Positions 40,870 to 49,014 of a DNA stretch of 59,063 bases are shown piece after piece; within the stretch, counting starts at the first letter, position 1; every line of letters begins with the position of its first letter. This stretch comes from Actinomycetes bacterium (GTDB taxonomy: Bacteria > Actinomycetota > Actinomycetes > JAHEKZ01): contig JAHELE010000005.1 of NCBI GenBank assembly GCA_024644345.1, positions 1-59,063 of the forward strand, read 5' to 3'. The translations under genes were made by a program, and so were the position numbers. The notes below the pieces were generated by a model. That model was not told the DNA's origin. It searched no databases and was given only the letters and a program-made list of their open reading frames with translations.

Positions 40870-43536
40870 TCAGCCAAGGAGCCGCCGGGCCGGCAGGTCG
40901 GTGCGGGTCTGAGGACCCCGCACCGTGATCGTGGCTCCAAGCACGGCGACACCTTCCGCGGACGCCACCACCGGGCGCAACACCAGGTGGGCGACCTCGG
41001 GAAGGTCATCGGCCAGACGCGCCGCCCGGGCCACGAGATCCCCGAGCTGGTCGCGGTCCACGGCGCGGCCGGACGGGCCCAGACGCAACAGACCAGCGGC
41101 AGCCGGGCGGTCGAGAAGCTGCTGGATGTCGTGCTCGGAGAGCGGTGGCACGGCATAGGCACGATCGCCCATCACGTCGTACGCCACACCACTGAGCCCG
41201 AACGCAACCACCGGACCGAACAGCGGGTCCTCAATGGTTTCGAGCACCGTCGACACCCCGGCGTCAGCCTGACGCTGCACAACCAGGCGGTCGTAGTCGA
41301 GGCGGCCGAGATCTGCCAGTCTGGCGTTGAACTGGTAGCGCAGCTCGGCCTCGTCGACGATGTCGAAGTAGACGCCGCCGAGGTCGCTCCGCAGCCTCAG
41401 GTAGTCGTCAACGGTCTTCAGCACGACCGGGTATCCGAGCTCGGCGGCCGCCACGGCGGCCTGGTCCGGTGTACGTGCGGTCCGGCGCGGCCAGACGTGG
41501 ATCCCGTAGTGGGCGAGGAGGCTGGCCGTCTCGCTCTCGGTGAGCACGCGTTCATCGTCACCCTCGCCGAGCCGCTCCCCCACCTGCCTGCGTGCGCCCT
41601 CCACGTCGATCCCCGTGGGGACGACGGGAGTATCCGTCGCATGCGCCCGCCACTGGACGTGGCGATGGACGGCCGCCAGCGCACGAACCGCGTCCTCGAC
41701 CGCCGGGTAGGTCGGCACCGCCCCGACCTGGGGTCGGCCGGATGTCAGTCGGTCCAGCAGCCGGTGGGTCCCCTCGACGGCAAACATCACGCCGAGGATG
41801 GGCGTGTGCGCCCGTGCAGCGACACGGAGCACGGCAGCGGCGGCCCTGGCCCCGGTGTCATGCAGTCCCGGGACATACATCGCGAGGATGGCATCGACAG
41901 CCGGGTCGTCAGCTGCCGCCGCCAGGGCACGCTCGAACTCGTCCGGCTTGGAGTCCGGACCGAAGACGATCGGCGGATCGACCCACTGCAGCCCCGCACT
42001 GTCGACGGCGTCAGCCGCCATCAACGTCATCGCATCGGAGTTGCTCATGGCCAGCACCCGGTTGCCCGCGGGCAGCGGTTGGTGGGCCAACAGCTGGGCG
42101 ACGTCATACATCTCTGCGATCGTCTCGGTTCGGATCACGCCGGACTGGATGAACGTCTGCTCGACCGCCTCGGCGTCCAGACCCGTGGTCCGTACCGCAT
42201 GCCCGAGCGGAGCTCCCTGGGTCGAGCGCCCGGCCTTCACGGCGATGACGGGTGTGCGGACGCCCAGGCGGCGGGCGATCCGACTGAACTTGCGTGGGTT
42301 GCCGATCGACTCCAGGTACAGCATGACGAGCTCGGTGGCCTCGTCGTCCTCCCAGTACTGGAGGAGGTCGTTGCCGCTGATGTCGGCGCGGTTTCCGGCC
42401 GAGACGAAGGTCGAAATACCAAGGCCGCGCTTGGTGGCTGCCTCCAGAAGGGCCACGCCGGGCGCCCCGGACTGCGCGAAGAATCCCACCTGACCCCGGG
42501 TCGGCAGATGCGGGGACAGCGAGGCGTTGAGTCGGACGTCCGGATCGGTGTTGATGAAGCCGAGGGCATTCGGTCCGAGCACGCGAAGGCCCAGCTCTCT
42601 AGCTGTTCTCAGCAGCGCCTGCTGGGCCGCCCACCCCTCTGCCCCGCTCTCGCCGAAGCCGCTGGAGACGACCACCAGGCTCTGGACCCGGGCGGCGGCG
42701 GCGTCGTGGACGACCTCGACGACCGTGTCGGCGGGCGTCGCCACGATCGCGAGGTCGAGTGGCCCCGGTGCCTCCTTCAGCGTGGGGTAGCAGGGCAGGC
42801 CGGCGACCTCGCCCTCGGCGTTGGGGTTGATCGCGACCACCGGACCGGGGAACCCACCCTCCACCACGTGGCGAGCCAGGGCGTAGCCGATCGACTGCGG
42901 GTTGCGGCTGGCGCCCACGATGGCCACCGACCGGGGACTGACCAGCCGGGCAATCGAGGATGCCTCGGACCGCTGCTCGCGAGCATGGGTCACCGCCAAG
43001 GAGGACGCCGTGGGGGTGATGTCGAACGACAGGGCGATGAATCCTTCGTCCCTGGCGAACTCCGCCTGGTAACCGGCGTGCTCAAAGATTTCCAGCATCC
43101 GCGCGTTCTCCGGCAGCACCTCTGCGACGAACCGACGGATCCCGCGTTCCCTCGCGGCCTGAGCGATGTGCTCGAGGAAGATGGTGCCGAGGCCGCGTCC
43201 CTGATGCTCGTCCTCGATGACGAAGGCGACCTCGGCCTCTTGAGGAGCGACCCGTTCGTAGCGGACGACGCCGATGACGGCGTCGCCGATCGTGGCGACG
43301 AGTGCCACCCGGTCGCGGTAGTCCACTGTGGTGAACCGTTCCACGTCGCGGTCGGAGAGCTGGGGGTACGGAGCGAAGAAGCGGTAGTAGACCGTCTTCG
43401 GTGAGAGGCGCCCGTGCAGCGCTACCAACGCGGCCGCGTCGTCGGGGACGATCGGACGCAGATGGCAGGTGCCGCCGTCGCGAAGAACGACATCGGCCTC
43501 CCACGACCGCGGGTAGGCAGCAGGGGCATCGGCCAC
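40870..43536 (-). CDS. Protein lysine acetyltransferase Pat (N-terminal GNAT + NDP-forming acyl-CoA synthetase domains)
   Basis: YP..WEADVVLRDGGT, HQGRGLG, VGASR, GPNALG, QSG, FVSAGNRAD, YLESIGNPRKF and an ATP-grasp remnant GYPVVLK. Leaderless start at 43536 likely. Confidence 0.9.
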   Translation of the reverse strand: MADAPAAYPRSWEADVVLRDGGTCHLRPIVPDDAAALVALHGRLSPKTVYYRFFAPYPQLSDRDVERFTTVDYRDRVALVATIGDAVIGVVRYERVAPQEAEVAFVIEDEHQGRGLGTIFLEHIAQAARERGIRRFVAEVLPENARMLEIFEHAGYQAEFARDEGFIALSFDITPTASSLAVTHAREQRSEASSIARLVSPRSVAIVGASRNPQSIGYALARHVVEGGFPGPVVAINPNAEGEVAGLPCYPTLKEAPGPLDLAIVATPADTVVEVVHDAAAARVQSLVVVSSGFGESGAEGWAAQQALLRTARELGLRVLGPNALGFINTDPDVRLNASLSPHLPTRGQVGFFAQSGAPGVALLEAATKRGLGISTFVSAGNRADISGNDLLQYWEDDEATELVMLYLESIGNPRKFSRIARRLGVRTPVIAVKAGRSTQGAPLGHAVRTTGLDAEAVEQTFIQSGVIRTETIAEMYDVAQLLAHQPLPAGNRVLAMSNSDAMTLMAADAVDSAGLQWVDPPIVFGPDSKPDEFERALAAAADDPAVDAILAMYVPGLHDTGARAAAAVLRVAARAHTPILGVMFAVEGTHRLLDRLTSGRPQVGAVPTYPAVEDAVRALAAVHRHVQWRAHATDTPVVPTGIDVEGARRQVGERLGEGDDERVLTESETASLLAHYGIHVWPRRTARTPDQAAVAAAELGYPVVLKTVDDYLRLRSDLGGVYFDIVDEAELRYQFNARLADLGRLDYDRLVVQRQADAGVSTVLETIEDPLFGPVVAFGLSGVAYDVMGDRAYAVPPLSEHDIQQLLDRPAAAGLLRLGPSGRAVDRDQLGDLVARAARLADDLPEVAHLVLRPVVASAEGVAVLGATITVRGPQTRTDLPARRLLG

Positions 43537-43659
43537 GGGGCACACGCTACTGCCTGTCTGGAGTCTGGCCGGTACTCCGCGGGTCGCCTCTGCAGCCGAG
43601 GGGGCGACGGGAGAGACTGACCTCGACCACCGCCGTCAAGCCCTGGAGCCCAGCCCCGC

Positions 43660-46101
43660 ATGGCCCGTCGCAAGTCCACCGCCCCGTCACCTGAGCCGGT
43701 CCGCGAGACGATCGTCGACGTCGACGTCGCCGACGAGATGCAAGGCAGCTTTCTCGAGTACGCCTACTCGGTGATCTACTCCAGGGCGCTACCCGATGCC
43801 CGTGACGGACTCAAGCCGGTCCACCGCCGGATCCTCTTCCAGATGGACGACATGGGGCTCCGCCCCGACCGCGGCCACGTGAAGTCGGCCCGCGTGGTCG
43901 GCGAGGTGATGGGCAAGCTGCACCCCCACGGTGACGGCGCCATCTATGACGCTCTCGTGCGGATGGCCCAACCGTTCTCGATGCGTCTTCCCCTGGTCGA
44001 CGGCCACGGCAACTTCGGCAGCCTCGACTCGGGCCCGGCAGCCATGCGGTACACCGAGTGCCGTCTGGACGCCGCGGCGCTCCTGATGACCGGATCGATC
44101 GATGAGGACGTCGTCGACTTCAACCCCAACTACGACGGTCAGCTCACCGAGCCCCAGGTGCTGCCGGCGGCGTACCCGAACCTGTTGGTGAACGGCGCAA
44201 CGGGCATCGCGGTGGGCATGGCCACGAACATGGCTCCGCACAACCTCGTCGAGGTCATTTCGGCGGCCCGCCATCTGCTGACCCACCCCACCGCCGATCT
44301 CGACACGATCATGCGCTTCATCCCCGGGCCCGACCTGCCAACCGGCGGCACGATCGTCGGCCTGGACGGAATCCGTGACGCCTACGCCACCGGCAAGGGG
44401 TCGTTCCGCGTCCGTGCGACCACCCGGATCGAGAACGTGACACCTCGACGCAAGGGCATCATCGTCACGGAGCTGCCGATGACCGTCGGACCGGAGAAGG
44501 TGGTCGAGAAGATCTCCGACCTCGTGCGCTCCAAGAAGCTGCAGGGCATCTCGAGCCTGGTCGATCTCACCGACCACGAGCAGGGGCTCCGCCTCGTGAT
44601 CGAGGTCAAGAACGGGTTCAACCCGGACGCCGTGCTCGACGAGCTCTACCGGCTCACGCCGATGGAGGATTCCTTCGGCATCAACAACGTCGCCCTCGTC
44701 GAGGGTCAGCCCCGCACGCTGGGTCTGCTCGAGATGCTGCGGGTCTACCTCGACCACCGCATCGACGTGGTCCGTAGACGCAGCGAGTTCCGCAGACGCA
44801 AGGCCAGCGACCGACTGCACCTGGTCGACGGACTCCTGATCGCGATCATCGACATCGACGAGGTCATCGCCGTGATCCGTGGCTCCGATGACACCGCACA
44901 GGCCAAGGAACGCCTGATGGGGGTCTTCGACCTCAGCGACGCGCAGACCACCTACATCCTGGACATGCCGCTGCGTCGTCTCACCAAGTTCAGCCGGATC
45001 GAGCTCGAGACCGAGCGCGAACAGCTGGTCGCCACCATCGACGAGCTGACCGTGCTGCTCGAGGACGAGAAGGCCTTGAAGAAGCTGGTGTCCAGCGAGC
45101 TCGCTGATGTCGCCAAGACGTTCGGGACGCCGCGCCGCACTGTGCTTCTCGAGTCGGCGGGCCAGCCCACCAGGGCCTCGACCCCGTTGGAGGTCACCGA
45201 CGATCCCTGTCGCGTCCTGCTGTCGGCCACTGGCCTGCTCGCGCGCACCCTCGACGCCGAGCCGCTGTCACCCTTGGCCAAGCGCGCGAAGCACGACGTG
45301 ATCGTGGGTGACGTCGCCACAACTGCTCGAGGTCAGATCGGCCTGCTCACCTCCTCCGGCGAGGTTGTGCGACTGTCGGTGCTCGATCTTCCGTCCTTGC
45401 CCAACACGGCGACCGGGCCGACCCTCGCCGGCGGCGCCCCCGTGCGCGAGTTCGTCGACCTCGCCCGAGGCGAGTCGGCGCTCGGCCTGGTGCCCATCGA
45501 CGGCTCCACGACCGTCGCCCTGGGCACCAAGGACGGCATCGTCAAACGCGTCGTCGTGGACGCACCGTCGAACAAGGACCGCTGGGACGTCATCGCCCTG
45601 AAGGCCGGCGACGAAGTAGTGGGAGCGACGCCGGTTACCGATGCTGACGATGTGGTGTTCATCACCTCGGACGCACAGCTGCTGCGGTTCGGCGCTGCCG
45701 CCGTCCGACCGCAGGGTCGAGCGGCCGGGGGCATGGCGGGCATCCGGCTGGGCGGCGACGCAGTCGTCACGTTCTTCGGTGCCGTCCCTACCGATGTTCC
45801 AGCTGCAGTTGTCACGGTGTCGGGCAGTTCGGCGGCGCTCCCTGGCACGGAGGCCGGAAGCGTCAAGGTGACCGACTTGGCCGAGTACCCGACCAAGGGA
45901 CGCGGCACCGGCGGGGTGCGCTGCCATCGCTTCCTTCGGGGTGAGGACATCGTGATCTTGGCCTGGGCCGGACCCCGCTCGCCGATCGGATGCGCCGCCG
46001 CCGGCGTCCCCATTGACCTTCCGGTCGCCGAGGGCAAGCGCGATGGCAGCGGCGAACCCGCCACTCAACCGATCGCCGCCGTGGGATCCACCCGAGGATG
46101 A
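43660..46101 (+). CDS. parC: DNA topoisomerase IV subunit A (GyrA/ParC family)
   Basis: RALPDARDGLKPVHRR, HPHGD, catalytic AAMRYTE and a beta-pinwheel CTD. Located near a GyrB/ParE paralogue, away from an oriC-type context. Confidence 0.9.
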   Translation: MARRKSTAPSPEPVRETIVDVDVADEMQGSFLEYAYSVIYSRALPDARDGLKPVHRRILFQMDDMGLRPDRGHVKSARVVGEVMGKLHPHGDGAIYDALVRMAQPFSMRLPLVDGHGNFGSLDSGPAAMRYTECRLDAAALLMTGSIDEDVVDFNPNYDGQLTEPQVLPAAYPNLLVNGATGIAVGMATNMAPHNLVEVISAARHLLTHPTADLDTIMRFIPGPDLPTGGTIVGLDGIRDAYATGKGSFRVRATTRIENVTPRRKGIIVTELPMTVGPEKVVEKISDLVRSKKLQGISSLVDLTDHEQGLRLVIEVKNGFNPDAVLDELYRLTPMEDSFGINNVALVEGQPRTLGLLEMLRVYLDHRIDVVRRRSEFRRRKASDRLHLVDGLLIAIIDIDEVIAVIRGSDDTAQAKERLMGVFDLSDAQTTYILDMPLRRLTKFSRIELETEREQLVATIDELTVLLEDEKALKKLVSSELADVAKTFGTPRRTVLLESAGQPTRASTPLEVTDDPCRVLLSATGLLARTLDAEPLSPLAKRAKHDVIVGDVATTARGQIGLLTSSGEVVRLSVLDLPSLPNTATGPTLAGGAPVREFVDLARGESALGLVPIDGSTTVALGTKDGIVKRVVVDAPSNKDRWDVIALKAGDEVVGATPVTDADDVVFITSDAQLLRFGAAAVRPQGRAAGGMAGIRLGGDAVVTFFGAVPTDVPAAVVTVSGSSAALPGTEAGSVKVTDLAEYPTKGRGTGGVRCHRFLRGEDIVILAWAGPRSPIGCAAAGVPIDLPVAEGKRDGSGEPATQPIAAVGSTRG

Positions 46102-46982
46102 CCACCTGCACGACGATCCGCGCGGCCACGGGGGAACCGCTCGCCGGCACCGCGCCACATGCCCGGCTCTGGATACTGCTCGAACAACCGGGACCGTGGG
46201 GTCGTGACGCGCTGACCGAGAGCCACCTCCCGGCCGAGACCGGCCGCGCACTGGCCGCCCTTGGCGAGGGGCTCCCGGTGCGGGTCGGGCTGATCCGCTC
46301 CGTGGGCGCCCATGCCGACACGACCGTCGGGGCGCGCACGCTGCTGGTCGCACGTACCGATCAGGATGCGTCCTGGCTGGCCACCCGCCGGGTCGATCAG
46401 GTCCAGGTCCTGCCCGACGATCTGGACATCGAGGCGCTCCTCGCCGCCGACGCGCCGCCACAGGGCCTGCCGGGAGATCCTGAACCAGGCCCGAGTCAGG
46501 CGTTGCTCGTCTGTACCAATGCCAAGCGGGACCAGTGCTGCGCCGTTCTCGGTCGCCCGCTCGCCGCCTCGCTGGTCCAGGGTTCGAACGGCAGGGTCCA
46601 GGTGTGGGAGACCACGCACACCAGTGGCCATCGTTTCGCCCCGACCTTCGTCTCGCTTCCCGATGGGTATCTGTTCGGCGGTCCCGATGCCGCCGCACGC
46701 GGCCTCGACGCGTGCCGAGGTCGATCGTCCCTCGCGGCGGCTGCCCAGGTGGCCGAGCTGGCCGTGCTCCGACGGCTCGACGCGTCCAGCCCGACGGCGT
46801 TGGAGGTGCGTGAGGCTGCTGGATCCGCCGAGGGCAGGTCGACAACAGGCTCCACCTGGCTGGTCACAGCAGACACAGCGACCTTCACCGTCGACGTCGA
46901 GCGCGTGCCAGGCGCTGAGCGCCCGGAGTCGTGCGGCAAGGGTCCGGTTCCCTTCTACTCGATGACGGCAGCGATCCGCTGA
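46098..46982 (+). CDS. Sucrase/ferredoxin-like (Apd1/Aim32-type) protein
   Basis: LEQPGPWGRDA, LVCTNAKRDQCCA, WETTHTSGHRFAPT, RGRS and ESCGK. ATGA overlap with parC. Confidence 0.9.
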   Translation: MTTCTTIRAATGEPLAGTAPHARLWILLEQPGPWGRDALTESHLPAETGRALAALGEGLPVRVGLIRSVGAHADTTVGARTLLVARTDQDASWLATRRVDQVQVLPDDLDIEALLAADAPPQGLPGDPEPGPSQALLVCTNAKRDQCCAVLGRPLAASLVQGSNGRVQVWETTHTSGHRFAPTFVSLPDGYLFGGPDAAARGLDACRGRSSLAAAAQVAELAVLRRLDASSPTALEVREAAGSAEGRSTTGSTWLVTADTATFTVDVERVPGAERPESCGKGPVPFYSMTAAIR

Positions 46983-46995
46983 CACCGAGCGCCGT

Positions 46996-47535
46996 CTACC
47001 AGTCGTCACCGAGCCGGGCATCCACCGCGATGGAGACCGAGAGGTCGACCGCACGGCCGGCGTGGCCGCACGGCAACGCCATGACCCCGGCGTCCTCGTC
47101 CGGCGTTCGGCGCCATTGGCCACCGTCCACGACAAACGTCGGCCCCTGCCAGCGCCGCCATCCGAGACGCTCGTAGAAGTGGTGCCGTTCGGTCGATAGC
47201 ACGCCGAGCCCGTACCCCTCGGCGATGATCTTGCCTGCCTCACCCATCACGGCGCTGCCGATACCCGTCCGACGCCAACCGACACTGACAGCCACCGCTT
47301 CCACGTAGCCCACATCCACGATCTGCTCGTCGATGTAGACGGGACGTCTCATCACGGCGGCATGGCCGACCGGAACGGACGTGTCGAATGCGATGACGTG
47401 AGTTCCACCGAGAGCGTGCTCCCATTCATGCTCATTGAAGTCGTCGAAGGACGCCCACAGCAAAGAACGCAGCCCGGTGCGCGTCTCGACATCCAGCTGA
47501 TTGGACGCCATCCGCACCATTCTCATGTGTCGCAC
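46996..47535 (-). CDS. Aminoglycoside 2'-N-acetyltransferase-family GNAT
   Basis: EWEHALGG.H, HAAV.RR, GYVEAVAV, GW..W.GPT, RTPDED and D.R.GD.W match the AAC(2')-I motif order. Confidence 0.82.
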   Translation of the reverse strand: MRHMRMVRMASNQLDVETRTGLRSLLWASFDDFNEHEWEHALGGTHVIAFDTSVPVGHAAVMRRPVYIDEQIVDVGYVEAVAVSVGWRRTGIGSAVMGEAGKIIAEGYGLGVLSTERHHFYERLGWRRWQGPTFVVDGGQWRRTPDEDAGVMALPCGHAGRAVDLSVSIAVDARLGDDW

Positions 47536-47620
47536 GCCACCATCCTGCCCACACCAGGTGGGTTCACCGCTGACATAGGGGCGTCAGATCCGGACGATGA
47601 TGCTGCGGCAGGATGGGGTC

Positions 47621-48187
47621 ATGGCTCTCACCTCGACACTGGTTCCGCTGGGGACGACCGCGCCCGACTTCACACTTCCGGACCTCGAGGGCGTCACTCA
47701 TCGGCTGGTCGACTTCACGGCCCCGGTCCTCGTGGTGGCGTTCGTCTGCAACCACTGCCCCTACGTCCAGCACATCGAGCTCGCCCTGGGTCGATTCACA
47801 CCCACCCACGAGCTTGACGTGGTTGCCATCTCCAGCAACGACATCAGCCGCTACCCCGACGACGCGCCAGCGGCGCTGGCCGAACAGGCCGAGCGGGCCG
47901 GCTGGCAGTTCCCTTACCTCTTGGACAGCGACCAGCAGACAGCCAAGGCGTACGGAGCGGTCTGCACCCCCGACTTCTTCGTCTACGGCAGCGACCGCAC
48001 ACTCGCCTATCGAGGGGCGTTCGACGAATCGACACCGGGAAACGGACGTCCCGTCACCGGCGCTGCCCTCGCCGCCGCGATCGACCTCGTGTCAGCCGGC
48101 CAGCCAGTCCCCGAACCGCACCAACCAAGCATGGGATGCAGCATCAAGTGGCTTCCCGGCAACGAGCCGACAGGAGATTCCCGATGA
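47621..48187 (+). CDS. Thioredoxin-like (AhpC/TSA-like) protein
   Basis: APDFTLPD, CNHCPYV, ISSND..YPDD, FPYL.D, AVCTPDFF and PSMGCSIKW. Confidence 0.9.
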   Translation: MALTSTLVPLGTTAPDFTLPDLEGVTHRLVDFTAPVLVVAFVCNHCPYVQHIELALGRFTPTHELDVVAISSNDISRYPDDAPAALAEQAERAGWQFPYLLDSDQQTAKAYGAVCTPDFFVYGSDRTLAYRGAFDESTPGNGRPVTGAALAAAIDLVSAGQPVPEPHQPSMGCSIKWLPGNEPTGDSR

Positions 48188-48705
48188 CCTTCGAAGGGGC
48201 GTTCGACGACCTGCTCGCGGCGAACAGCGAGTTCGCCGCGACCTTCCAGAACGCAGGACTTCCCGCACCGGCGGCCAGAGGGCTGGCGGTACTGACCTGC
48301 ATGGACTCACGCATCGACCCGTTCAGCATCCTGGGCATCGGCCCCGGCGACGCCAAGGTCCTTCGGAATGCGGGTGGCCGGGTCACGGAGGACGTCCTGC
48401 GCACCCTCGTTCTCGGGGCCTATCTGCTCAATGTCACCCGGGTGCTGGTGATGCCACACACCAAGTGCGCCATGGCCGGCTTCACCGAGGACGAGATCCA
48501 CCAGAAGATCAGCGCAGAGCACGGCGTTGATACGCGCAGCCTTGAGTTCCGCACCACCGACGACCAGCTTGCCTCGCTGCGGCAGGACATGGTGCGGATC
48601 GAGTCGTACCCCCTGCTGCCACCAGGGCTCGCGGTGGGCGGGGTCGTCTTCGACGTCGACACCGGGCGCATCATTCCGCTGGACCAGGCGAGTACCAGTA
48701 GCTGA
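48184..48705 (+). CDS. Beta-class carbonic anhydrase (small, clade D-like)
   Basis: TCMDSRI, RNAGG, HTKC and FDVDTG. ATGA overlap with the previous gene. Confidence 0.9.
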   Translation: MTFEGAFDDLLAANSEFAATFQNAGLPAPAARGLAVLTCMDSRIDPFSILGIGPGDAKVLRNAGGRVTEDVLRTLVLGAYLLNVTRVLVMPHTKCAMAGFTEDEIHQKISAEHGVDTRSLEFRTTDDQLASLRQDMVRIESYPLLPPGLAVGGVVFDVDTGRIIPLDQASTSS

Positions 48706-48726
48706 ACCGGCAGGTACGCGTGTCGG

Positions 48727-48996
48727 TCAGTCGCGGCGGCTGTAGGCACCGGACGTGTACGACGTGATGTCGAACGCCACTCCGAGGAGGACCAGGAACC
48801 AGCCGAAGCCCGACACCTCCTGGACAGGCGCCCACGCGATTGCCCAGAAGAGCGCGGTCCACGGCAGGAACACCAGTCCGAGAAGCTTCAACCAGAAGCT
48901 GTCGATCGACTGGTTCACCTCATCGGTGAAGATCCAGGCGAACAGGAAGGCGACACGTGGGCCTATCAGGCCCATGAGGGCGACGACGCAGCACAT
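48727..48996 (-). CDS. Small membrane protein
   Basis: Three hydrophobic segments; MCC..PR and LGLVFLPWT pattern. Confidence 0.75.
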   Translation of the reverse strand: MCCVVALMGLIGPRVAFLFAWIFTDEVNQSIDSFWLKLLGLVFLPWTALFWAIAWAPVQEVSGFGWFLVLLGVAFDITSYTSGAYSRRD

Positions 48997-49014
48997 GTGA
49001 GCGACCTTAGTGGG

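Noticed and set aside
40987-43404. 805-aa plus-strand ORF and other long antisense ORFs (e.g. 6470-7840, 18584-20002, 21483-22832, 25321-26700, 35889-37397, 45268-46845)
   Set aside because: Shadow ORFs expected in high-GC DNA. They overlap motif-bearing genes and carry no recognisable motifs.
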